A stretch of DNA of 64,000 nt, taken from assembly GCA_964234715.1 (NCBI GenBank), contig OZ174282.1. One strand, written 5' to 3'. Of this stretch, positions 13,101 through 25,100 are shown piece after piece. The notes below the pieces were generated by a model. The model ran no database searches, was not told the DNA's origin, and saw only the letters and a list, made by a program, of their open reading frames with translations. Source of the stretch: Podarcis melisellensis (lineage: Eukaryota). Position 1 is the first letter of the stretch. Each line of letters begins with the position of its first letter. A program made the position numbers and the translations under genes.

Positions 13101-16100
13101 TAAGAGTCTCTAATTTAGAAGCAAGAGTCACCTGTATCAATAGTAATGTTTTAGTTGCTTCAGTTCATTCTCCACCCCCCTTCAATCTAGGGAGATGAGA
13201 GTCAGAAACAGTCTCCTATTTGGTCTGAAACTGGTCATGAAATACTTTCCTCTTTGTGTTCAGGATGAAAGATATACAGAGAAATAAGAGACTTGAATAA
13301 AAATAGGAGACTGTTTTATCTACATCCTGACTTCTTCAGTAGGAAGAGATAAATAAATAAAATACCATGAAAGTTGCCATCAAGGGAAAGTGAACGCTGT
13401 CATTTCTACAATTCTCCATGGCCTGTCTTTTTAAATAATATATCCAATCACGACGATGATGATGATGATGATGATAATAATAAATTTTTATTTGTACCCT
13501 GGCCGGAGCCAGGCTCAGGGCAGCGAACATCACCAAACTAACACAGTGTACAAAGAACATAAAAACAGCAATCAGTTAATTAAAATACATCTTAAAATTA
13601 GTTCAGAGCAAATTAAGATCTGGACAGATGGCCGTCCATGGATAAAATTGAGAGTGGTTAATATTCTCCCGGGCCAACTGTTACCACTGGTCTTATAAAG
13701 GACCTGTGAGCGGGCTAGGAGGCCTCTTTAATGCTTGTTCTTATACAGAAAGACAAGAATCAGACTGAACCCTGACGGAACAGTTCCGTCTTGCAGGCCC
13801 TGCGGAAAGATGTCAAATCCCACAGGGCCCTGGTCTCATGTGAGAGAGCGTTCCACCAGGCCAGGGTCTCTTAGAAAGTGTATTTGTTTCTGAACTATTT
13901 TTGAGACTGTACTTTCAAAGAATCAGTGAAGGGGTTGTCAGCTGTAAAAGCAAAATGTTTTAGGATTCAAATAGGACAGATGTCTTTACTTTTAAAGCAT
14001 TTCTTGGTAAGGTTGACCCTCCTAAGAAGCCTTTGTTTTCCACAGACTGTACCTAAACATCCTAAAACATGGGGGAGCTTGTTTCACAGTAACATGTCCA
14101 CCATTTTTCTTTCATTGAATTCTGTGCATTTGCAGAGGAATCTGTGACATGTTTTAGGGCACATAATTTATGTTGGGCACTGACCAGACCTGTTGGACCC
14201 TGTCACCGCTGCATGAATAGCAGGTACACCTGACAGTGTACATTGCAGTGAAGTGTAGTAGCATCCCAAATGCCTTTTGGGGAAGAGACCCCGTTTCCTA
14301 CAGAATGCCGTTTGAAAGCATTGCTCCCAAAGAATTAACATACACTCACTTCATTGCTACTCTTTTCATAGGATGCCATTATGTTGCAAAAGGTTATGTG
14401 CACAGACAAACTGACATTTGAATATTGCTTTGCAAATTTTGTGACTGGATACTGAGCACTTGGACTTTAGAAAAACTTTTGAAAATTTAACACAAGTCTA
14501 GTTGTTTAGCTTTGTGATATCACTTCCAAAGACTAAGTTGCTCAGGGTAGGGTTTCTTTTTTTCAGGTTCTCAGGAATTCTGCAGCCAAAGGTGGAGTCA
14601 GCAGGTACATGATAGCAACAGAACTGACCACAAATTGCGCCGCAGAATTCTAGAGGCCCTACTTTAAAGTGTAATCTGAAAGAAACTTGACTGATTAAAC
14701 TCTCAATACTGATGGTTTTTCCAAACATGAAAGAACATTTTTTAATCCCCTTGCATTGGGCTTTTTTGAGACAAGTTTCTTAAATGAAAGAGTCCATTTA
14801 ATTCAGTCCTTTAAATAGAATACGTCTAGACCATCCAACTCCTAAACCACTTGAAACCTTTCCCATCACTAACTACTAAGTTAGGTTTGCTGGATGTGTT
14901 AAATTGAAAGTGCTATTCAACTGTTTGTGGAAATATCGTAGTAGAAGCTAGTAAGATCTTTGAGAAAGCAGGACAATGCAGATTGGTTACAGTGTCTTAT
15001 TATGATTAGTCAGAGAATACTTGATGTCAACTTGAATTTTACAGGAGGAGACGATCATCAGCATCTTTGTCAGGAAGTAGTTCCTCTTCCTCCTCTTCAC
15101 GTTCCCGATCTCCACCAAAGAAACCACCTAAGAGAGTTGTCTCCAGCCCTCCTCGTAAGACACGTAGACTGTCACCTTCAGCAAGTCCTCCTAGGCGAAG
15201 GCACCGCCCCTCCCCACCCCTAACTCCACCCCCAAAGCCGCGCCGATCTCCGACGCCTCAGCAATCGAACCGTGCAAGAAAAGGCCGAGGCTCAGTTTCT
15301 CCCAGTAGAACCTCAGGTACAGAGAAGTAAATTAATTTTTTTACAAGACGCTCTTAATTGTGTGTATGGGGCTTCGTATAGCTCTTTAGTATCTAATGAG
15401 TGGAGTGTCTTAGACGCCTGCCTGTTTAAAGTGGAAAGGTTGTGGGGAGAGAGAGAGAAAATAAATACTAAAATGTTAGGAGGCCATCTGTGTTTTATTC
15501 TCCAGCACAAAACCAGTCCCCTGAGCTAGACGGCCAGAAAAGGCAGGCCGTAAACTTCATGTATTGCTGGCCAGGTACATCTGTAAGTTAAGCACAGTAC
15601 AATTGCCGCACGTGTAGCTCAAAAGAGAGCTGGAGTAGTTACCATGCTATACATTTAGGTTTTGTTGCTGTAAGGACTACTTGACATGCACACCAGTAGC
15701 AGCCAATAGCATTATTTCACATGACATCACTTCTGTGCTCCTAGATATAAGGAAAACACTTCTGTGTTTTCTTGGGCAGCTACCTGCATGAGTGGGTTGA
15801 GCACAGGGATCAACCTCAGTTGCTTCTTTTGGAGAATTAAGTTCAGTGGAAGCGTTGGTGGCAGGCTGGCAGTGTTTAGTAACTGTTTCAAAGGCTGCAA
15901 CAGTTCCTTTGCTTGTACTATACCACACTTATGCTTAAAAATGCCACCATTAGAAGATTTTAAAAAATATGATCATTGTAGATTAGCCTATAATGGTGGT
16001 GGCCTCAGGTGTAAGTTCTGATTTCAAATTACAGCACAGTGGATGTGGTTAGAGCATTTTATATACTCTCCCTCTGATTCCTTTTACAGGGAGCACTAAT

Positions 16101-19100
16101 GAAGATTTATCTGACAAGTTTTGGGGCTTGTTTTTAAATTTGAGTTTCTTACCTGCCCTGTCCTAGGGGCTTGGGACTGTTTGCAGTTTTATCTCATTTC
16201 ATCCTTGCAGCAACTCCTATGCTGTAGCTGAAAGATTGTGACTTTCCTAGAGTTGAATCTGGATCTGCACCAGAATGGTGTTTGGGGGGTGGGCGTGAAT
16301 CACATATGCTTTGTGAAGGCTCCTAGGGCACTTAACACTACTGTATAAGTTACTATATATATACCCAATAATTTCCTGGCTCTTCCTCAGAATTCTGTTT
16401 ATTTGTTTCTTTTCAGCACCCAAACGTAAAAGTATTGAAAAAAGGGAATCTCCCTCACCAGCACCGAAACCTAGAAAAGTAGAATTGTCAGAATCAGGTG
16501 AGTTCCTCAATTTATGTCTTTATATTTTTAATACGGAGTTATTTTGAGAGTATGTGATATTGGGAGTGGTTTGTGTGACTTTGGTGCATTAGGTGCCCAG
16601 TGTGAAGATGCCTCATTAAAATAAGGCTAACCATTTAAGAACACTATAAAATGTAGCAAAAATAACCAAAAGAGTGAAAAAGCAGCAGCAGTTCAAACAT
16701 AATCATCTCTAGACTCTCTTGACATCCAAAGCACTGTAAAAGAACCATGTCTTAAGAAAGAGCCCTGAGATTGTGCTCTGTGAATATGAAATGTATTCCA
16801 TAGTGTTACTGTTAACAGAGGGAGAGCTATAGCTCTGTGGTAGAGCACCTGCCTTGCATGAGAAAAGTCCTAGGTTCAGTTGCTGGCATCCCTAGGTAGG
16901 GAGACACTGGAGAGACTGCCGGTCAGGGTAGACAGTTCTGATGGACCAATGGTCTGACATAGTATAAAAACACTTCCTATGAAACACACTTGTAAATATA
17001 ATATTTCAATGTGTTTTTCTTTTAATTTGCACACTTTTCAGAAGAAGACAAAGGTGGTAAAATGGCAGCTGCAGATTCTGTGCAACAAAGACGGCAGTAT
17101 AGAAGGCAGAACCAGCAGTCTTCATCTGGTACGGTATTTTATAGTTTTGCAGACTGAATCCTTGTAATGTATACTTGGAAATAAGCTCCCTCTTGTTTAC
17201 TGGGGCCTCTTCCCAAGTAAGTGTACAAAAAAAATAATGTCCTAATATGAGTTGTTATAAATGGCTTCTATTGCAAACCTATAATTTGGCTAAGTCGCTT
17301 GGATTTATTTATGTGGACTGTTCTGGTTCTATCCAGCATTTCAGGGGTGGGGAACCTTTTCTGACCAGTGGGCCAGAACTTTATCTCCCCACTTGTGGGG
17401 CTGCCTACCTGTCAATCACCTGATGCCATAGTAACATCAGCTGGTGCTGTGCTTTAAAGCCCCAATTGTCAGGACTTCAAATATTCCAAACAGCTGGAGA
17501 AGGGCTTTCAGACAGCCCCGAACTGCTCTGAGCCTCTGGTGTCTGGAGCTTCAAAGAGTAGTACTGGGAGGGAAACTGCTTTCCCCTCTCTGAGCAAAGC
17601 ACACTACCACCCTCCCAACTGCTGATGGAAAGGAAAAACTGGAAGCTCACTTTGAAATCCTAATTGTCCCTTTGAAGCCCCACCCTTACCTGCTGCACAC
17701 CTGATGTCATATATAATGTCAGGTGCTGGTTGGTTGACCATGGCTTCCTCAAAAGAGAGGCTGGCTAGCCAAATTCTGCCTGCAGGCTGGCTGTCCCCCA
17801 GCCCTTTAATATTTGTTACCAGCTCATCCATTTTGAAATTAGTGGCAGCCTTCATAGACTCTATTTAAGAGGCTGGCTTTTAACCCTATAAACTTTTGTT
17901 CTGTAGGCCATTGCAGTTATTAGGGGTAGGGGTGAGGTGCAATTTTCTATTGCTGAGAAAAGGCCCCTGCTAGAATAGAGAGTGGCATCTGTGCGTAAGA
18001 TAGCTGCGTACACAAAATTCACAGGTGTTGGACTGCGGCGGTAGTGAACTTGTGGCCCTCCAGATACCGCATTTACTCTAGCCTAATGCACCATCGAATC
18101 TAATGCGCACCTCAATTTTCAGAACATTGAAACCAAAAAAAGTATTTGCTGGCAAATGTAAATGTGCCATTGAATCTAATGTGCACCTTATTTTCACAAC
18201 ATAATTGGCCAGAAAAGGTGAGCAATAGATTCGAGTAAATACGGTATTATGACACTAAAATTTCCAGCAACCTCTGGAGGGCCACAGGCGCCCCCACTCC
18301 TGTACCTCAGGCTTATTTCTTAAATCACTGGTTCTTAAAAAATATGAGGTGCACCTTCCTAGAGAGTTTTAGGTGGTTTGTTGGAGCTGGTGTAAGGTAT
18401 TTGATGTTTGCCTTTAATGGCTCAAGAGAGTGCCTTATCCCCTTCTGTGACGTGTTGAGTATTAGTAGGGAATTTTTTTTTGTTTCCTTGGAGATCTTTC
18501 AGTAGGCATTTGAAAAGTGTATTTTGGGCTAATGTATCAGCTATAGGCATAGTTTAGATGCAGCAATATCATAGTAATACACTGATTTATTAGTTTGAGC
18601 ACTGTGCTCTCCCCTACCTCCTCTCACACAGCATATAACTGGGTTTCCCAGTTCAGATGAAGGCTTTCATTTGAAGCACAAAGGGAGTGCATTGCTTCAG
18701 TGCTCATTTTAGAACTAATAAGCCATGGTTGGTTAGAATGAGATTGTTACATCTTAACCAGATGACAGTGTTTCCCTCTCTGCTTGCATTGCTCATGGGT
18801 ATGGCCCTATATTGAAATTATATTGAAATAATTTAATCTTTTCCTTTCACATCCTTAAAAACTGTTGGCTCACTGCCCTTGGGAGCTAATGGCCCTGGTT
18901 GCTTATAAAAGTAGGCTTTATGTGTGAACTGAATGGGAACTTAGAGAAGCCTGCTAGAAGCAGCATATAATACTTATAGCTTAGATTACTTCTGGTTCCT
19001 AATATCTTTTAATATGCCAGTTTTAGAAGGACAGCCATGTGGGTGGAGTTGGGAATCCATGCAGAGAGGATGTTTGAAAACAGAAGCCATAAGATTGTTT

Positions 19101-22100
19101 TTTTTCAAACTCTTTAATCAGCCACAGATACATAATTGCACAAATTGATTTGTAAAGCTGCTATTAATTATTCTACAGAAGTTTGCTGCATTTTGATTTT
19201 TTTTATTCTTAAGGGGTTCATTCACAGAATTTGATTTCCTTTTAAACTGGTTATTGAAAAAGTTGTGAAAGAAAAATTAGCGGAATTTAGCTGCTTTATA
19301 TAGAGTCAATTAAAAATAATATCATTTATTCTAAAGTCATTATTGTGTTGGATTTTAGAAACAAGAGTTTTTCATTTTCTGACAGATTCTGGTTCATCGT
19401 CATCATCTGAAGAAGAACGGCCAAAAAAGTCAAACGTAAAGAATGGTGAAGTGGGTAGACGCAGGCGACACTCGCATTCCCGTAGCCCTTCTCCATCTCC
19501 ACGAAAGTGGCAGAAAGATTCTTCCCCTCGGTAACTTCCTTTGTTTTATACTGGCGTTTACTTCTAGCGGTCCATGTGCCATTGTTTTCTGAGCACCTTA
19601 TATCATTTGGAGCTTGTTTTGCTTTTGCATATTCTGCCGTCAGAACTAAATTTAGCACCTGTCCCAAACTGAGAACATGAATATGTTAATGTTTCGTGTT
19701 GGCGATGTTGTTCCTGTTGTTCCACTTACTTTAATGACTTTGGCTGATTTTAATCATTAGGATTCATAATGGGAGCTTCTTGGGGCTAAGAATTGCTAAT
19801 TCATCCTAGCAAGTAACTCTGGGGGATGTTTGACTTCTCAATTTTTTTCCCTCCCCTCCACTGCTGTCAGGATGCAGATGGGAAAGAGGTGGCAGTTGCC
19901 AGTTGTTAAAAGGTCAGTTAGCAGGTTAATCTGCTAATTAGGATTAAGTCTTAAAGGGCTTTTTAGAAAGGTTGTATTTACTACTACTACTACTATCATT
20001 ATTATTATTAACTTCAAATTTATAACACACTGTTCCTGAAAGGAGCCCAGTGTGGCTTCCATTAATCAGATAAAAACAATTCAAAGCAGCACTGTAACAT
20101 ATTGCAGGCAGTACTTATTGCATATTTAACATCGGCCCACCATGTAAAAAATAAAGTGGGGGGATGCTAAGCCTGTGGGAGGTGGTGGTGGAGGAGGGAG
20201 CTGGGGGCACCTTAGTCTTTCCTAAGTCTGCTTTGATCATCTCTGCCACCAATTCAGTTACGAAGGAAATGAAAAATACAGTGGTGCCTCGCTAGACGAA
20301 AAGAATCCGTTCCGCGATTCTCTTCGTCTAGCGGTTTTTTCGTCTTGCGAAGCAAGCCCATTGACAGCTTAGCGGATTAGCGCTACAGCTGTCAAGCGGC
20401 TTCCAGCGATCAGCTGTTAAGCGGCTGAGCGGCTTAAGAAAAGGGTGAAAAAAGTGGAAAAAAACCGCAGGGGGATGCAAGATTTTTTTCGTCTTGCAAA
20501 GCAACCCCATAGGGAGATTCGTTTTACGAAGCACCTCCAAAACGGAAAACCCTTTCGTCTAGCGGGTTTTTTGTCTTGCGAGGCGTTCGTCTTGTGGGGC
20601 ACCACTGTAGAATAAAGTTACAAAAATGGGATAATAAAACAAGATGACAGTCTAGCAATGCACATTTGGTGTTTTCCAAATAGATATTCAGAAGTAGTTA
20701 AAATAGAGTTTTATTTATTTAAAAAATAGAGTTTACTGTGTTGCGGAAAGCAGTAGTGTATGATGTTGTTAAAAAGATTACATTCAGGGGGGAGGTTTAA
20801 ATATTTGTTTAGGATCTACTGTAAAACTGAAAGTGGATTGTTTTTATTTTGATTACATCAGCTGCATTGTTATAAATTTCTAGTTACAAAAGAAACACCA
20901 ATTCATCACCACATTGTGTACTTGTATTGAGGATTACTTTTGTACAATTTTATTTTATGTTTTGCTTCACTTTGCTCTAATATTACAGATACCCCAAGTC
21001 TCTTAGAAAGCTATGTAAAAAAATTTCATGAAACATGGGTACTTTGGGATATTGCCAGCTATGTACATATGTGGTGATCAGAGGATCCTAGTTTGTGGAG
21101 GGAAAGAGGCAGAAAGTTAAAAAAAAAAAAAAGTAAAGTGGCACAGGTGACTTGCAAGTGAATTCTCTATCACTTCCACCATATGCCTTTGAAGGGAAAG
21201 TGCTGCAGGCCAATATAACATTAAATTTATATGCATATTGAAACTGAGCTGAGCTAAAATCTTGGACAAGCCTGCTTAAATGCACTTCAGTCGTCACCTA
21301 AACAGGCTTCTCGTTGCTTCTGTACATGTGACATCTGTGCCTGGGAGGGAATCATTTAAGTTGAAGATCTGTCGCTGTTTTGCCAGTGCAGTTTTGCTCC
21401 TTGAGGGAATTGCATTGGTGTTGGCATACTACTATGTGGTGGATCAGTCAGCGTTGTTGCTTTTCATACACCGCCGTTGTGCGCAACACAGCAGGATTAT
21501 ATTGTAAATTAAATGAATCCTAGTTGGAGGAAAGAGGGCCTGAGAGTAGCAGAACATATTGTCTATGTGTCACCTTACAGCAGCATTGAATGTGTGTCCC
21601 CAAGAAACACAAATTTGCTAGCCTCTCTGCTCAAAAATGGCTATGCTAGTTGTTAGTTGATCCTCTCTTCTTTTTTTAAAAAAAACTTGCCTGGTGATCC
21701 CAGGAGGCTAGGTATGTGGCTTTGTTTAAGCCCTGTCCTCTGTGCTTGCTGGCTACCACTAATATGACTAATAAAAGCCTGGTGGTTGAGTGGCAACAAT
21801 TGTTGAAGGGATTATAGCTGAAGGGCAGGATGATGTTGCCTTGGCCAGCAGTAAGCTACTTTGTGCATAGGCTGTTGTGCATATGCTTCTTTCTCTAGGA
21901 TCTGTCTTGAGCCTTTTCCCTCTCTCCTTCCTTTAGTAGGAGGAGGCGCAGTCCATCGCCACTGCCTACCAGAAGACGGCGCTCTCCTTCCCCTGCCCCT
22001 CCTCCAAGACGGCGTAGGTCACCTTCATTACCACGCCGAAGGTAATACTTGCTTCTTACCTTATGAAACACACATCTCTATAAAAAGTGTGCTGTTAACT

Positions 22101-25100
22101 TAGAAATAGCTTTTCATCAACATTTGATAGAGGCATCAATATTCATTATTTTGAAATTGGCAATGAAACTATTGATGCTTCTTAAGGTATTTATATACAG
22201 TGGTACCTCAGGTTACATACGCTTCAGGTTATAGACTCTGCTAAGCCAGAAATAGTACCTTGGGTTAAGAACTTTGCTTCAGGATGAGAACAGAAATTGT
22301 GCTGCAGCGGCGTGACAGCAGCAGGAGGCCCCATTAGCTAAAGTGGTGCTTCAGGTTAAGAACAGTTTCAGGTTTAGAACGGACCTCCAGAACAAATTAA
22401 GTACTTAACCCGAGGTACCACTGTATTTACTTTAGTTTAAAATTTTAAGCAACCAATGGTTTCAATAAAGTTTATAAAAGATTAAAACAATAAATCAGCT
22501 GAAACAGCCCACAAATAAGATCACAATTAAAGGTTAGAGATGACATCCAACAGTATCTGTTTGTGATTGGAACAGTGGTTTACAAAGATTATTTCAATAG
22601 GCATATTTAAATAAAAAAAGATAATGAAAATGTTATAGAACATTTAGAAAAATTGTGTAAATAGCAGGAGGTATTGCTTTCTAATTATGCAGTTGGCATT
22701 TACAGGCAATTATAGCGAAGTAAATCTGTTCACACAGTTATCTATTATTATTTGGAAACACCTTCATGTACTCCTTAAATTACTTTGCATATTTGTTTCT
22801 AAGGTCTCCATCACCACCACCTCGCCGGCACTCTCCCACACCCAGAAGATATTCTCCTCCAATACAAAGAAGATATTCTCCTTCACCCCCTCCAAAGAGA
22901 AGGACGGCTTCTCCTCCTCCCAAACGAAGGGCATCTCCTTCTCCGCAGCCTAAGCTTAGAGTCTCCCGTTCCCCACCACCAAAACAAAGAAGTTCTCCAC
23001 CCCCAAAGAGACGCTCGCCATCAATATCTTCCAAGCACAGGAAAGGATCTCCGCCCAGCAGGTCCAACCGCGAAGCCCGTTCCCCTCTGCAGAACAAACG
23101 GCATTCTCCTTCGCCACAGCCTAGGCCTTCCCGTCCTTCTGCAAGTCCCCCGCTGCTGCGCCGGGGACCTTCATCTTCTCCCCAGCGAAGGCATTCTCCA
23201 TCACCAAGCACCAGGCCCATCAGAAGAGTCTCGAGAACCCCAGAGCCGAAAAAGTCTAAGAAGTGAGTAATTTATTAGCAGCCAAAGGGCTGCTTTTGAT
23301 ATTTGAAAAGCAGTTTGGATAGGCCACTAAGGAATTTCTGAGAATATTACCAACCCTGAGGTGTATTGCGTAATTTTCCTACCAAATAACAACTTGTTTG
23401 ATAGGACTTAGACATGAAATTTCATGACAGAACACTGGAGAAGACCCATTGAAATTAATGGACTTAAGTTGGTCGTGTTCGTTAATTTGAGTGGATCTTC
23501 TCAGACTGACTCCTGTTGGATACAGCGCATTTCTATCATGTGTTCCATCAGTGGTTATTTATTTGTAACAAAATCTTAAAAGAATATAAATTCTTAATGG
23601 ATCCTACAGTCAACTGTAGCATACTTGATTCCAGTCAAATATTAAAACATGTTTGGGAATATGTTGGTTTCTGACCATACCTTGGTGACAAAAAAATTGG
23701 GGGGAAACTCCAAGAACTTCTGGTATAAAAGCAAAGTAAAAAAAAATAATTAGAGCAATGGAGTAAATTAAATATACTGGAATTTTAAAAAAATAGAAAT
23801 GAAAACTTGGAGGTTATTTAAAGGGTACATAAAAGTTTGACTAAATATTGATAGTTTTAAAAATAAATCTTTATTAAATTTTAACCAACATAAGAAAAAA
23901 AATTCAGCTGTCAAAACAATATAGTTTTGATTTAAGAGTATCCCTCTGGGAAAGATCATGATTTATTATGTACATATATTTATGTACCATTTCAGTATTT
24001 TATTTTTTTTTAAATCCTACAAACCATACAGATGTCACAAGGGACCTCTGTCCACATGAGATAAATATGTACAAATTGGTTGTGACATTAAAATTCAAAT
24101 GAATTGTTTTAGAGCTGTAATAAACATAAAAAAGAGATTTCATTTGGAAAGCCATGAAAGGATACATCTTGGAAAAATGGAAAGGGGGCTTGAAGTTTCA
24201 GTTGTAGGATAAAGTCTGCAGTTAGAGAACATTTAAACTAAACTTGTGTATTTGCATATTCAATTGAATTGCATCCTTCTTAGCATGGAAATCAAGATTT
24301 ATTTTTTACCTCTTTTCCTAAGGGTTTCCACACCAAGTCCACATTCTGTGCAAAGGGGATCTTCATCCAGGTCTGTTTCAGGATCTCCTGAGCCACCTCC
24401 CAAGAAACACCCAGTGCCTCCATCTCCTGCTCGATCTCGATCGCCTTCTGCTCACTGGTCGCCACCAGCACCTGCAAAGAAGGCTAAAAGTCCTACACCA
24501 AGTCCATCACCAGTAAGGGTGTGTATCTTCCAGTGCAACTGTGATGGCCACCTCTCGATTCATGCATGTGGTTTAATCAACCATCCTCTTATGCTGACTG
24601 AAGCTGGGTCTAATGCAGCTGTGAATCTCTACCAAGCTAGACTGACAGTTACTTTATTACTGGATTCCTACTACTTTAATTTCAAACGTGAAAGCTTGTA
24701 TTTTTGCCAATATACAGGCAAGTGATCATTGTCAGGGAGTTGTCTAGGAATGTATTGCTTTGTGGTGTATGTTCAAATTCACATTATTTAAAACATTTAT
24801 ATGCCGCCTTTCCATAAACAGAGCAAAGCAAACACTCACAAAACAATTTGCTTAACATTACAGAATTCTGATCAGGAAGGGGGTAGCAAGAAGAAGAAGA
24901 AAAAGAAGGATAAGAAGCATAAAAAGGATAAAAAGCACAAGAAGCATAAGAAGCATAAGAAAGAGAAGGCTGCAGTTGCTGCTGCAATGACTGTTTTTAC
25001 CACGTCTGCGCAGGAAGACCAGGAGAAAAATATGGAGCCCCAAAAGGTGAATATTTGTTCAAAACATTTATAATCCATTTTTCTATATTCCATGTGGTGG

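Noticed and set aside
22198-22423. Regularly recurring ttcaggtta units suggesting a CRISPR-like array
   Set aside because: Internal repeats of a TA-flanked MITE in a vertebrate intron; no unique spacers and no cas genes.
22780-23220. 146-aa antisense ORF rich in G/E/R/L
   Set aside because: Mirror of the S/P/R codon bias in the SRRM1 exon; the same applies to 11108-11422 and 24872-25093.
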